Source: an uncultured Gemmatimonadales bacterium | GTDB taxonomy: Bacteria > Gemmatimonadota > Gemmatimonadetes > Gemmatimonadales > GWC2-71-9 | Assembly (NCBI GenBank): GCA_963821525.1 | Contig: CAWGED010000005.1 | Location: 416,001 to 480,000, forward strand | Length of the DNA stretch: 64,000 nucleotides | Reading direction: 5' to 3' | Shown: in pieces, positions 12,399-23,505 of the stretch | Layout: each line of letters opens with the position of its first letter | Numbering within the stretch: the first letter of the stretch is position 1 | Program-made: the position numbers and the translations under genes | Notes under the pieces: generated by a model | What the model saw: only the letters and a program-made list of their open reading frames with translations | Databases searched by the model: none | What the model was told of the DNA's origin: nothing

Positions 12399-12747
12399 TC
12401 AAGAAATGGCTGGGACTCGACGCTGTTCGACACTTGTCGTCCACATCGGCGTGACGGTTGGGCTGATGGTCGCGGTGGACAGCGCCTCCATCGGTCCCGA
12501 GTGGTGATGGAGCCATGGCCCTGCTGGTGGCGGCATCGCTGGTCGTGCTGGGATACCGGAGGAGCGGGCGATGCGGCGCAGGGGGCCGAGGAACAAGGGG
12601 GACCGGGAACACGTGCAGGAGCTGAAGCCGCGGGTCGCGGACCTGGAGGCGGCGCAATCGAGGATGCTGGAGCTCGAAGAACGGGTCGACTTCGCCGAGC
12701 GGATGTTGAGTCAGCAGCGGGAGCCGGTGAAGCTCCAGAAGGAATGA
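12395..12747 (+). CDS. Small 2-TM + coiled-coil protein, array copy 9 (multiple frameshifts)
   Basis: MIKKWLGLDA..VVHIGVTVGLMVAV..GAMALLVAASLVVLGYRR.. and terminal RVADLEAAQSRMLELEERVDFAERMLSQQREPVKLQKE*. Confidence 0.75.
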
Positions 12748-12855
12748 AGACTGAGGAGCGGGGTGGTAGGACCCTGGAAAGTGCGATTAGATTTCGACGG
12801 ATCGACGCTTAGCCAGAGGCGGGGCTGCGGCCGCCCTCACGGAAGGCGGTAAGTG

Positions 12856-13248
12856 ATGGTTACGAAAGAGGATATCGAGAGTTTCCTGGACCGGATAGAC
12901 AGCGGGACCGCGAGCGTCGGCGAGGTCAAGCCGGGCACCTGGGTGGTGAAGACCGTGGGGGGCGCGGAAGTTGTAGTACACTATGCCCCACCGGTGGTGA
13001 TTTTGCGCGTGACGGTGATGACCCTGCCGGCCGCAACACCCCGGCGCTCCGAGTTGCTCCGGGAGCTGCTCGAGTTGAACGCCCGGGATCTGGTGCACGG
13101 CGCGTACGGCCTGGAAGGAGATCAGGTGGTGCTCACCGACACGCTGGAACTGGAAAACCTCGATTTCAACGAGTTCGAGGCGAGCTTCGATTCGATCACG
13201 CTCGCGCTGGCACAGCACCTCGGCGCCCTCGCGCCCTACCGGGAGTAA
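12856..13248 (+). CDS. YbjN / CesT(Tir)-like chaperone-fold protein
   Basis: Acidic ~130 aa with LLRELLELNARDLVHGAYGLEGDQVVL...ENLDFNEFEA, typical of the YbjN/T3SS chaperone fold. Confidence 0.75.
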   Translation: MVTKEDIESFLDRIDSGTASVGEVKPGTWVVKTVGGAEVVVHYAPPVVILRVTVMTLPAATPRRSELLRELLELNARDLVHGAYGLEGDQVVLTDTLELENLDFNEFEASFDSITLALAQHLGALAPYRE

Positions 13249-13256
13249 CCGTCGTC

Positions 13257-14031
<775 letters not shown>

Positions 14032-14032
14032 G

Positions 14033-14158
14033 CGGGAGACGGAAGACGGGAGAAGGGAGACGGGGGCCTGGAGGATGGCCCCCTGTTTCATTCCCCCTTC
14101 AACTTCCGGCTTGATGGCTTACTTTCTTCCCGTCTCCTTTCCCGTCTCCCGTCTCCCA
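14033..14158. repeat. Heptamer-repeat long hairpin (GGGAGAC x n / GTCTCCC x n) after pspA
   Basis: GGGAGACGGAAGACGGGAGAAGGGAGACGG pairs with CCCGTCTCCTTTCCCGTCTCCCGTCTCCC. Confidence 0.85.
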
Positions 14159-14168
14159 CTGAAAGACC

Positions 14169-15264
14169 ATGCACGGCTCTCGCTTCCTGATCCTCGCCGA
14201 CGGCGAATTCGGCCCGCTCACCTCCAAGACCGCCAACTCCGTAATCCGCTACCTGGAAGACCGGGTCGTGGCGTGTGGTGGACGGTGTCCATGCCGGGAA
14301 AACCGCCCAGGACGTCATCGGCTTCGGCGGGCGGATTCCGGTGGTCGGGAGCATGCGTGAGGGGCTGAGCTACAAGCCTGACGCGGTCCTGATCGGCATC
14401 GCGCCGGTCGGGGGCAAGCTGCCCGATCAGTGGAGGCAGTGGCTCGCGGAGGCCATCGATGCCGGGTGCAGCATCTGGAGCGGGCTGCACACCTTCATCT
14501 CCGACGACACCATGCTGGCCGAGCGGGCCAAGGCCCGCGGGGTGAAGATTCACGACCTGCGGCGCCCCCCTCCGAACCTGCCGGTTGCGTCGGGCAAGGC
14601 GAAGGAGGTCGATCCGTTCGTGATCCTTACGGTGGGGACCGACTGCAACGTTGGGAAGATGACCGCCCAGCTGCAGATCACGAAGCAGCTGAACGACCGC
14701 GGAATCCGCACCCGCTTCGTCGCGACCGGGCAGACCGGCATCATGATCGAAGGATGGGGAATCGCGGTGGACGCGGTAGTGGCGGACTTCATTGCCGGCG
14801 CCGCCGAGTGGCTGGTGCTCGAAGGCAGCAAGGATGCCGACATCGTTCTGGTAGAAGGGCAGGGAAGCCTCAATCATCCAGGCTATTCGGGCGTCACCTG
14901 CGGCCTGCTGCACGGTTCCTGCCCCGATGCCCTGATTCTCTGTCACCAGGCCACCCGGACCTACATCGGAGACTATCGCCCCGCGGCGTGGCTCAAGATG
15001 CCGTCACTCAAGGAGTACGTGCGGCTCTACGAGTCGTTGGCGGCCTACGTGCATCCGACCAAGACCGTCGGCATCGCGCTCAACACCTTCGATCTCTCCG
15101 AAGCGGACGCCCTCGCCGCCTGCGCCGACGCAACCCGCGAGACGGGACTCCCCTGTACCGACCCGGTGCGGTTCGATCCCTCGGTGCTGGTAGATGCTGT
15201 GGCCAGTGCCCGGGAAGCGTATCTAAAGGCGAGAGGCCGTCAGCCGTCAGCGGCTAGCCGCTAG
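14169..15264 (+). CDS. DUF1611 domain P-loop protein (frameshift near 14272)
   Basis: TSKTANSVIRY, SGLH, TVGTDCNVGKMTA, ATGQTGIMI, DAVVADFIAGA, VEGQGSL, LLHGSCPD. Confidence 0.88.
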
Positions 15265-15430
15265 GTGTTAGCGATTAGCTGTTAGCTGTGAGCTCTCAGG
15301 TATTAGCTCTCAGCTGACGGCTGATGGCTGACGGCTAACTACACTCCGGCTCGGCCCGTTCCCTGTTCCCTGTTCCCTGTTCCCTGTTCCCTGTTCCCGC
15401 TTTCTCCTGACACCTGACACCTGACACCTC
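15240..15430. repeat. Mixed heptamer repeats (GCTGTTA/GCTGACG; CCCTGTT x5-6; CCTGACA x3)
   Basis: Visible directly between the DUF1611 and ABC genes. Confidence 0.85.
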
Positions 15431-15438
15431 CGCCCCCT

Positions 15439-16377
15439 TTGCACCCCCTCTCCATCTCATCCCTCACCAAGACCTATCCCGGCCCCAAGCCGGTGACCGC
15501 GCTCGATGGCGTGGATCTGGAAGTGGAAGCAGGTGAGATCTTCGGGTTGCTGGGTCCCAATGGCGCGGGGAAGACCACGACCGTCGGCGTCTGTACTACG
15601 CGCGTACGGCCGACCGCCGGTCGAGTTCTGGTCGAGGGTAAGGACGTCACTGCCGACCCGGCCGGAGTGAAGCGCTCGATCGGTGTGGTAACTCAGCAGA
15701 ATACGCTCGACCGCTCCTGTACGGTCAGGGAAAATCTCTACTATCACTGCCGCTTCTTCGGGATGGCCGGGCGGGAGGCAGCGCAGCGAACCGACAAGGT
15801 GCTGCAGCAGCTTGCGCTGACCGATCGCGCAGATGCGCTCCCCACGACGCTCTCCGGCGGACTCGCTCAGAGAGTTCAGATCGCCCGAGCCATTGCCCAC
15901 CAGCCGAGGATTCTCTTTCTCGATGAGCCGACTGCTGGTCTCGATCCGCAGAGCCGGCTTGCGTTATGGGAACTGGTGGCTCGCCTGCGGCAGGAGGGAA
16001 TCACGGTCCTGCTGACCACGCACTATATGGAAGAAGCCGACCGCCTGAGCGACCGGGTCGCCATCATCGACCATGGCAAGGTGCTGGTCATCGACACGCC
16101 CGCCGCTCTCAAGCGCGGGCTCGGTGCGGGGACTGTTGTCGAGATCCACCTTGATCGGCCGGAAGAAAACCTCGTGTCAGCGATGCAGGCTTTGCCAGAC
16201 GTGGCCGAAGTAATTCGAACCGATTCGGGGTTACGTCTCCTGGCGCGGGGCAGGGAGGGGCTTCTCCCTCGGCTGGTGGAAATGGCCCTGCCCTACGGTC
16301 TTCGCGATGTGGCAGTAACCGAGCCCACCCTCGAAACCGTGTTCCTCAAACTCACCGGCCGAGCCCTTCGTGAGTAA
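15439..16377 (+). CDS. ABC transporter ATP-binding protein (DrrA-like)
   Basis: GPNGAGKTT, LSGG, LFLDEPTAGLD, TTHYMEEA. Confidence 0.93.
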   Translation: MHPLSISSLTKTYPGPKPVTALDGVDLEVEAGEIFGLLGPNGAGKTTTVGVCTTRVRPTAGRVLVEGKDVTADPAGVKRSIGVVTQQNTLDRSCTVRENLYYHCRFFGMAGREAAQRTDKVLQQLALTDRADALPTTLSGGLAQRVQIARAIAHQPRILFLDEPTAGLDPQSRLALWELVARLRQEGITVLLTTHYMEEADRLSDRVAIIDHGKVLVIDTPAALKRGLGAGTVVEIHLDRPEENLVSAMQALPDVAEVIRTDSGLRLLARGREGLLPRLVEMALPYGLRDVAVTEPTLETVFLKLTGRALRE

Positions 16378-17230
16378 CCCGCCGAGCCGAACCGCCGAGC
16401 CGAGCCGCCGAGCCGCCGAGCCGCCGAGCCGCCGAGCTGGTGGCTGGGTCGCCAGCCTGTGGGGCATGATCCTTCGCGATCTCACCGTGCTGCGCCGGAA
16501 TCTGGCTCCGTTCATCACCCGCACCGTGATGAACCCGCTGCTCTTCGTTTTCATCTTCACCTATGTGTTGCCGAGGATCGGGCAGCAGGTGGAAACGGGG
16601 ATCGCCGGTGTCAGCTATGCCACCATTCTGGTTCCCGGCCTCGTCGCGGTAGGGATGGTGTTTCAAGGCATCTCCGCGGTTGCATTGCCGCTCTCGATGG
16701 AGCTTGGTGCTACCCGGGAGATCGAAGACCGGGTGCTGGCGCCCGTCCCGGTCGAGCTCGTGGCGATCGAAAAGCTGGTCTTCGGTGCGGCGCAGGGCGT
16801 TCTGGCGGGCGCCGTTGTCTTCCCGCTGGTCTACCTCATACCGGCCACCTCGGTATCGATACATGTAGCCAACTGGCCGCTTCTGATCGTCGTCGTCCTG
16901 CTCGCCAGCCTGACCTCCGGTGCTCTGGGCCTCGCCCTGGGCACCATCGTGCGCCCCGCCCAGATCGGACTCATGTTCGCGCTCGTCGTCGTGCCGATCA
17001 CCTTTCTGGGTTGCGTGTACTATCCCTGGGCGATGCTCCACTCGGTGCGTTGGCTCCAGATTCTGGTCATGGTCAACCCGCTGGTCTACATGAGCGAGGG
17101 ACTCCGGGCCGCACTGACGCCTGACCTCCCCCACATGCCGGTCTGGGGCTTTCTCGGCGCTCTGACCGCCGCGACCCTGATCCTCGGTACCGTCGGCGTC
17201 CGCGCCTTCGTGCGGCGGACGATCGCCTGA
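16370..17230 (+). CDS. ABC-2 type exporter permease
   Basis: 6-TM pattern, NPLVYMSEGLR; the N-terminus is built from CCGCCGAG repeats. Confidence 0.88.
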   Translation: MSNPPSRTAEPSRRAAEPPSRRAGGWVASLWGMILRDLTVLRRNLAPFITRTVMNPLLFVFIFTYVLPRIGQQVETGIAGVSYATILVPGLVAVGMVFQGISAVALPLSMELGATREIEDRVLAPVPVELVAIEKLVFGAAQGVLAGAVVFPLVYLIPATSVSIHVANWPLLIVVVLLASLTSGALGLALGTIVRPAQIGLMFALVVVPITFLGCVYYPWAMLHSVRWLQILVMVNPLVYMSEGLRAALTPDLPHMPVWGFLGALTAATLILGTVGVRAFVRRTIA

Positions 17231-17339
17231 CCCCGGCGGCTCTCGGGGGTGGCCGAATGTCGCCGGTCGAAACGGTCCCTAGTTGCGCGGGAGCGCGCCG
17301 TTACACACTGTAGAAGCGGTGGCTTTCCGGGGCTGCCCC

Positions 17340-18011
17340 GTGACTTTCCATTTCTGGACCCAGCCGGTTTCTCCTCGAGCTACGGTGTTGGCGAGCCTCG
17401 CCAGCGCCGCCGTTCATGCATTTGTAGTCACGGTAGTTGTCCCGACCGGCCTCCAACCGGCCAAGGAAGACCTGGACCGGCTGCTCCCCGCCCTATATCT
17501 GATTGCCCCGAATCGACAGCCGCAGGCCCCGCGGGAAATGCACATGGTCGCCATCCCGCTCGGCAACCTTCCGTTCGCGCAGCCCGAGAAACAACTGGCG
17601 GCTGACGGGGAGGGGATTCTCCCGAGGCGGCCTATCCTGGAGGGAATGCTCCCGGATGGTGTGCCCGAGATCGCGCTCGACTCGGTGTTCAGCGTTCTCG
17701 ACGTGGACTCACAGGTAGTCCGATACGCATCGAGTGCCGCGCCAGACTACCCGGCGAGTTTACTCAAGGCGGGAATCGAGGGAGCGGTGGAGTCGGAGTT
17801 CGTGGTTGATACCACCGGAATCGTGGACCTGACGTCGGTGAGAATTCTGTTTGCGACGGACCCCGCCTTCACCCGCTCGGTGCAGGATGCTCTCTATGAC
17901 ATGCGGTTCCGTCCTGCCATCCGCGGGACTCAGAAGGTCCGGCAACTGGTCCACCAGCGATTCACCTTCCAGATCCAGTTGCCGCCGCGCCCGGGAAGTC
18001 CGGCGTCCTGA
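17340..18011 (+). CDS. TonB family energy transducer
   Basis: N-terminal TM with SAAVH motif; C-terminal PDYPASLLKAGIEGAV..FVVDTTG..RFRPA; start uncertain. Confidence 0.8.
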   Translation: MTFHFWTQPVSPRATVLASLASAAVHAFVVTVVVPTGLQPAKEDLDRLLPALYLIAPNRQPQAPREMHMVAIPLGNLPFAQPEKQLAADGEGILPRRPILEGMLPDGVPEIALDSVFSVLDVDSQVVRYASSAAPDYPASLLKAGIEGAVESEFVVDTTGIVDLTSVRILFATDPAFTRSVQDALYDMRFRPAIRGTQKVRQLVHQRFTFQIQLPPRPGSPAS

Positions 18012-18014
18012 GGC

Positions 18015-19457
18015 TCAAAGAGCGGCGCCGGTTTTCGTCACCGCACTCAGCAGGGTTTCAAAGTCTTCCCACCTGCTTCGGTGGTTGGTAATCGCCACTC
18101 GAATCGCGTAGCGCCCATCCAGGACTGTTCCAGACGGTACCGCAATTCCCGCCTCCTGAATGCGGAGGAGGATCTCCTCGTTGGCTGTGTTGATTTGATC
18201 TTCTGATCGTCCCTTCGGCGCATACCGGAAGCACACGATGTTGAGCGACACCGGGGTCAACAACTCCAGGTCGGTATGCCTGGCGACCAGCTCGCCGAGG
18301 CGCCGGGCGTGTTCCACGTTCTGCTCGATGATGCGGACGAACTGCCGGAGCCCGTGGGCCTTGAGCGAGAGCCACACCTTGAGGGCGCGGAATGACCGGG
18401 TGAGCTCGATGCCGCGGTCTGCGAAGGGCATTCCCCCCGCAACAACCCCGCGACTCGTGCGGGAGAGATACGCGGCCTGCACTGCGAAGGTCTGTCGGTG
18501 CATCTCCGGATCCCGCACCAGAACACAGGCGATCTCGAACGGCAGGTACATCCACTTGTGCAGATCGAAGGCGAGCGAATCGGCCCGTTCCATGCCCGCT
18601 ACCAGCGGAGCCAGGCGCGGCGAGAGCCGGGCCAGAGCGCCGAAGGCTCCATCGACATGAAACCACAGCTGCTCGTCCCGACAGAGATCCGCGAGAGCGG
18701 TGAGATCGTCAATCGCCCCGGTGTTGACGGTACCGGCGTTCCCGATCACGCAGAACGGGCGAAGCCCGGCCTGCCGGTCGGCCGCGATGGCCTTTCCCAG
18801 CTCGGGAAGTGAGATCCGGTAGCTGCTGTCTACCGGAATCAGCCGCAATGCCTCGCTGCCCAGCCCCAGGAGCTCCGCCCCCTTCCGGGCCCAGCTATGA
18901 CTTTCCGTGGAGCCATAGAACACGAGTTTCCTGTGTTTGTCTCCCTGCAGTCCCTCCCGGCGAACGTCGAAGCCTGCCTTTGCATGGCGCGCGACGGTGA
19001 GGCCGAGGATATTCGCCATCGTGCCTCCCGTAGCGAGGACACCGCTCGTTTCCGGTGGCATCCCCATCAGCTCGGTGAACCAGCGCAGCACTTGGTGCTC
19101 GACCTCGGCTGGTGCCTGGTTGAACCCGGCCAGGTGCGCGTTGAGTCCCGAAGCGAGCATGTCGGCCATCATGCCCAACGGGGTGCCGGTCCCCTGGACC
19201 CAGCCCCAGAAACGGGGATGGTGATTGCCGTTGGTATAGGGAAGTACGTCACGCAGGAACTGGTCATACGCCGCTTCGGCGCCCTCGGCTTCAAGCGGGA
19301 CGCCGGAGCCAAACGACGCTCTGGCGGCGGGCGGCATGGACTGCCATGCTGGGGACTCGTGCAGCGAGGCAAAGTGGGCGATCATGTCGTCCACCATTCG
19401 GTGGCTGAGGGTCCGGAAGGCTTCCCAATCGGACGGATCGAGGGTCTGTTCGCTCAT
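18015..19457 (-). CDS. PLP-dependent group II (aromatic-L-amino-acid-type) decarboxylase
   Basis: HPRFWGWV, GGTMAN, GTVNTGAIDD, WFHVDGAFG, DSLAFDLHKW (PLP Lys). Confidence 0.92.
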   Translation of the reverse strand: MSEQTLDPSDWEAFRTLSHRMVDDMIAHFASLHESPAWQSMPPAARASFGSGVPLEAEGAEAAYDQFLRDVLPYTNGNHHPRFWGWVQGTGTPLGMMADMLASGLNAHLAGFNQAPAEVEHQVLRWFTELMGMPPETSGVLATGGTMANILGLTVARHAKAGFDVRREGLQGDKHRKLVFYGSTESHSWARKGAELLGLGSEALRLIPVDSSYRISLPELGKAIAADRQAGLRPFCVIGNAGTVNTGAIDDLTALADLCRDEQLWFHVDGAFGALARLSPRLAPLVAGMERADSLAFDLHKWMYLPFEIACVLVRDPEMHRQTFAVQAAYLSRTSRGVVAGGMPFADRGIELTRSFRALKVWLSLKAHGLRQFVRIIEQNVEHARRLGELVARHTDLELLTPVSLNIVCFRYAPKGRSEDQINTANEEILLRIQEAGIAVPSGTVLDGRYAIRVAITNHRSRWEDFETLLSAVTKTGAAL

Positions 19458-19529
19458 GCCGTAGTATGCTTAGGGGAGGACAGTGAGGCTATCCGGATTT
19501 GGTCAGGAAGTTGAGGACTGAGGACTGAG

Positions 19530-20418
19530 GTGAGAGCGGATTTGAACCAGCCCGATACGAAGCTCCATCCCGACACCCGCCCCGGCCCCGTCGCACTGAC
19601 GGTGCCGAACCTGCGTCGTTCCCTGGACTTCTACACCTATAGCCTTGGCCTCCAGGTCCACAAGCATCAGGACTCTATCGCCAGCCTCGGCGCCGGCGAA
19701 GAAGATTTGCTTGTCTTGCATGAAATGCCCGGCGCGCGCCAGACCCGAGGCACCACTGGCCTCTATCACTTCGCCCTGTTACTCCCTCCCGGGCACATCT
19801 CGGCAGGGCGTTGGCCCATCTCGTGGAAAACAACACGGCGCTTCAGGGAGCGGCGGATCATCTCGTCAGCGAGGCGTTATACCTCGCGGACCCCGATGGC
19901 AACGGAATCGAGCTGTATCGGGACCGTCCCCGCGAGGAGTGGACCTTCGACGCTGATGGCCTCCGGATGGCTACCGACCCTCTCGATGTCGAAGGACTGT
20001 CCGCCGAAGGTGCTCGAAGTGGCGAGACGTGGTCGGGCATGCCGAGCGGAACCGTCATGGGCCACGTCCACCTTCGGGTGTCGGACATTCCCGCCGCCGA
20101 ACACTTCTATCGTGATCTCCTCGGTCTCGATCTCATGACCCGGTTCGGTGCCTCGGCGTCGTTTCTTTCCGCGGGGGGCTATCACCATCACCTGGCCGCG
20201 AACACCTGGGGAGGAGTCGGTGTGCCGCCTCCACCGGTGGATGCCGCCGGTCTGCGCGAATGGACCCTGGTGGTTCCCGATGAAACGAGGTCAACCGGGC
20301 CGACGAGCGGCTGCACGCCGGTGGAGTGAAGACCGAGCGACTGAAGCACGGGCTGTGGGCTCGGGATCCTGCGGGGAATGCGGTGGTGCTGAGGACTCCT
20401 GCCGGAACGAAGAAGTAG
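19530..20418 (+). CDS. VOC family protein, CatE-like two-domain (frameshifts near 19795 and 20295)
   Basis: GLYHFALL, DHLVSEALYLADPDGNGIELYRDRP, GHVHLRV, SAGGYHHHLAANTW, terminal WARDPAGNAVVLRTPAGTKK*. Confidence 0.88.
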
Positions 20419-20422
20419 ACTC
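20334..20422 (+). repeat. Left copy of ~90-bp imperfect direct repeat (3' end of the VOC gene)
   Basis: 41-bp exact core GGTGGTGCTGAGGACTCCTGCCGGAACGAAGAAGTAGACTC at 20382-20422 equals 28113-28153. Confidence 0.95.
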
Positions 20423-20679
20423 GATCTGAGAGTCTCATCAAGCGGGCAGGTGAAGCGCCCGAAGACGGCTCGGTCGACCCGGATCCAGATTCGGAACGGG
20501 CGGATAGAGCTAGATCGTACTGGCGGACGATGCGATACGCCGGGATGCCGTCGAGCTGACGAGCGCCGCGGCGACGCTGTCGGTGCGGGCTGCCGCAACC
20601 GGCGATTCGACGAGGCTTCGCCGCGCCGATCGGTCGAGCCAAGGAGGAGAAACACTGCCGAATCATCCCGATGCCGATA

Positions 20680-21138
20680 TGCCCATCGGCGATCATTTGA
20701 AGAGCAGAGGTGACGGCTCGGCCCGGCGGAGTTCAAAGCGCGCGACGGCGACAGCTGCAGGTATACCAGGGCTCGCGAGTGAAGCCGACGAGGAATCAGG
20801 TGCCTTGTCCCGCGATGGTAAAGGCCGGTGAGGATTCCAAGCGGAGCCGAGTCGACCACTGAGGCGAGCGCCGTTAAGGCATTAGCGTCCGACGATGCAG
20901 ACGGCAACGATGATGGCGCGAATAGCAATCGTGTGGCTGCGCTCCAAGGAGATGCGTCACGCGATCGTCCTGACCGAGTTGGCGCCAACCTACGGCGCGG
21001 TACTGAGCCGAGATGGATGCCGCGATCTCGATCAGGAGCTACCGACGGGGTGCCGGTGTCGGGCCCTCGCAGGACTGAGGCGGCCACGACGACGACCGTG
21101 ACGGCTCCAAAGGTGGTGAACGCGGCGCGGGATTCCAC
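20680..21138 (-). CDS. Possible degraded small membrane protein
   Basis: GTG start 7 bp after the upstream stop, hydrophobic segments in shifting frames; boundaries uncertain. Confidence 0.25.
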
Positions 21139-21144
21139 GGGATC

Positions 21145-23073
21145 CTATCGCAGGCTGCGCGACAACACGTCGAACAGATTGAGCCCCACAAACCAGTAGG
21201 TGCCTTGCGTGTCGCGGCTCAGGTTGTAGCCATATCCTCCAGAGAGGAGGCCGTGCCATAGCGTCAGGTTGACACCCAGGCCGAATTCTATGTTGTCCTC
21301 GGTCTGGTCGAGGTTTGCGAGGTGAAGCCCGAGCGCGGGGTCGAACGCGTTCCAGCTGCGGCGGAACGACGATTGGGGATTGCGGAAGTAATGATGCCAG
21401 CTCACCAACGCGGCTACATTCGGCTTCCATTTTCGCTGCTCCGCACTGCCGTTCACGGCCCGCACGAAGATCACCGCCGAAGAGAATTCCCGATGCCCAC
21501 CCATCAGGCGCGCGTCCAGCCGGTAGGTCGTCTCGTGCAGGGCAGGACCGGCGCCGTCGCCTTTCGCCAGCTGGGAGAACCGCACTACGACCGTTACCCG
21601 GTCTCCTAGCGTCCACCCGGTTCGTTCCAGCTCCACCACTGCAACCGGCAGATCGTCGAGACGGTGGAAGGTGACTTTCGAGACATCCTCCAGGATATCG
21701 GCTGAGGGAATTGCCTGTCCCACCGCAAGACCCAGCACCGTGCGGATCGCGTTCAGCGCCGCGGCAGTAACGGGCAGGTCCCTCTTCAGTGTTTGGGTCA
21801 CCGAGTCCAGACCCTCGAGGTTGAGGGCGTCCGTAACCTGGGCCGTGAGAGTGGCTGGCAGGGTTGCCAGGGTAGCCGATGCGCGGCTGAGGTGAGCCTG
21901 CGCCAACTCCAGCCGGTCAGGGGTCTCCACCAGGTTGTTCTGTATGCTTCCCAGCAGCGACACGATGCCGCTTGGACCAGCCACGAGGTTGGCAAAATCG
22001 GTCGAACTGGGCGCCGTCACTATGGACCGAAGGCGTCTGACCTGAGAAACGGTCGAGTCGACGGTTGAGAGATCGCCCCGAATGCTGTCGATCTGAGATC
22101 GAAGTGTATTCAGACTACGGACGACTGCGGCCGTTGGGTGTTCAGCGCTCAGCCTGTCCAGCGCGCTGCGGGCGTCGGCCAGCTTAGACAGCCACTGGGA
22201 TGGGGCCGACAACGCCTGAAGTACGCTGTCGAGGTGGCCGACAATCCGGCTCGCGGTGGCGTGGATTTCCCGGCGGATTGTGTCGGCATTCGTGGTGATG
22301 CGGTCGATAGCCCGAGCGATCTGCTGGTTGCCCTCGATCTCCGTGCGCAGCCGCTCCTGCTCGGCCGGCGTGAGGTTCATTCCGTACCGGTCGATCGGCC
22401 GCAGCTCCCCCAGCGGCAGCTCGTCGTAGTTCTGCACGTGCAGCTGAGCGCGCTTGCCGTTGACAGGATCTTTGTACGCCATGACCTGGACCACGACGCT
22501 GTCACGGCTGCGGATGAATTCGGCCGTCGCTCGCTGTTCGGCGGCGATGTGGTCCCGCAGCCACCTCGCGAGACCCACGTAGCCGCCGTTCACCGAGTCA
22601 GTGACGACGGCGATCATCTCCTCGTTAGTCATGCCGGCGGCTCTCAGTGCATGCACCGCGGCGCTCACTCGCCCGGTCGTCGCGGTGACGTCCGCCTGGA
22701 ATGACGCGATGGCAGAGCTATCGCTGAGATCGATCACCTTCGCATTGAGGCGAGCAACATCCCTGCCCAGCTGCTCGAGGACTTCGAGTAGCTCGAGCAA
22801 ATGTTTCTGCTCGGCGGTGGCCGCCGCGGAATCCTTGATGGCCGGCGGAGTGAAGGTGAGGACAAGGTCGGCGTTCGCATCGACCTGGGTGCGGACATCG
22901 GGACAGACTTGGAACTTTCCGTCGCGAGCCCTCTCCTCCAGGCGATAGGCGACCCCCGCAAAGGCCGTGTCAACGTCGGCGGGGCAGACAGGTTTCTGGC
23001 CCCAGGCCGAGGCTGGCAGGGTCAGCACCAGCATTGACCCGAGCGAAAGGAGCCGACCGACGCGCCCCGCCAT
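21145..23073 (-). CDS. Large secreted hypothetical protein (helical/coiled-coil core, C-terminal amphipathic beta strands)
   Basis: Signal peptide ..LPASAWG|Q; long heptad-rich region; C-terminal ALGLHLA..FGLGVNL..SGGYGYNL..YWFVGLNL. Confidence 0.8.
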   Translation of the reverse strand: MAGRVGRLLSLGSMLVLTLPASAWGQKPVCPADVDTAFAGVAYRLEERARDGKFQVCPDVRTQVDANADLVLTFTPPAIKDSAAATAEQKHLLELLEVLEQLGRDVARLNAKVIDLSDSSAIASFQADVTATTGRVSAAVHALRAAGMTNEEMIAVVTDSVNGGYVGLARWLRDHIAAEQRATAEFIRSRDSVVVQVMAYKDPVNGKRAQLHVQNYDELPLGELRPIDRYGMNLTPAEQERLRTEIEGNQQIARAIDRITTNADTIRREIHATASRIVGHLDSVLQALSAPSQWLSKLADARSALDRLSAEHPTAAVVRSLNTLRSQIDSIRGDLSTVDSTVSQVRRLRSIVTAPSSTDFANLVAGPSGIVSLLGSIQNNLVETPDRLELAQAHLSRASATLATLPATLTAQVTDALNLEGLDSVTQTLKRDLPVTAAALNAIRTVLGLAVGQAIPSADILEDVSKVTFHRLDDLPVAVVELERTGWTLGDRVTVVVRFSQLAKGDGAGPALHETTYRLDARLMGGHREFSSAVIFVRAVNGSAEQRKWKPNVAALVSWHHYFRNPQSSFRRSWNAFDPALGLHLANLDQTEDNIEFGLGVNLTLWHGLLSGGYGYNLSRDTQGTYWFVGLNLFDVLSRSLR

Positions 23074-23393
23074 CACCGCCGGGCTCTCGCCTGATCGATG
23101 GCATCAATCACCGCAAGCAGGTCGTTGGCTTCGGTTCGCAGCAAAGAAGACTGGGGTTTGGGTCCAAACCCCCAAACGATCGCCAGAGCGGTCTGGTCCT
23201 TGTCCCACTCGGCCACCAAATCACGTTGCGGTGCCCGGTAGATCCGGAGCGCGGGCACCAACTTGAACGCAGCCTGGGCGACAGCCCATCCCTTGTCGCT
23301 CTCTTTGCCGATGAAGAGGTACACGGTGAACAGGGGGTTCTTGAGGGCCTCTCGAAACAGCGGCATCGTTTCCGGCGTGAGCACCTCGGCCAT
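23073..23393 (-). CDS. Hypothetical protein (106 aa)
   Basis: RBS GGAGGGAGG upstream; stop overlaps the next start. Confidence 0.7.
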   Translation of the reverse strand: MAEVLTPETMPLFREALKNPLFTVYLFIGKESDKGWAVAQAAFKLVPALRIYRAPQRDLVAEWDKDQTALAIVWGFGPKPQSSLLRTEANDLLAVIDAIDQARARR

Positions 23394-23505
23394 GATGTAG
23401 CCTCCCTCCGCTTTCGCGTACGCATTCAGTCCCGATCACCGATTGGTACAGCGCCTCTCAAAGCATCTCCTCAGATTCTCCTACGGTCGGCACTGCTGTG
23501 TGACG

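Noticed and set aside
12107..12454. Fusion of array copies 8 and 9
   Set aside because: Removing one G in CCGGGCGT restores a stop overlapping the next ATG (ATGA), matching the coupling elsewhere in the array.
10079..12747. CRISPR array or DGR-like variable cassette interpretation of the periodic repeats
   Set aside because: The repeats are conserved at protein level with synonymous variation, the period is ~250-360 bp, and no cas or reverse transcriptase gene is present.
20188..21199. Overlapping ORFs at the left end of the island
   Set aside because: Arg/Ser/Pro-rich translations without coherent motifs; at most one degraded membrane-protein gene, reported at low confidence.
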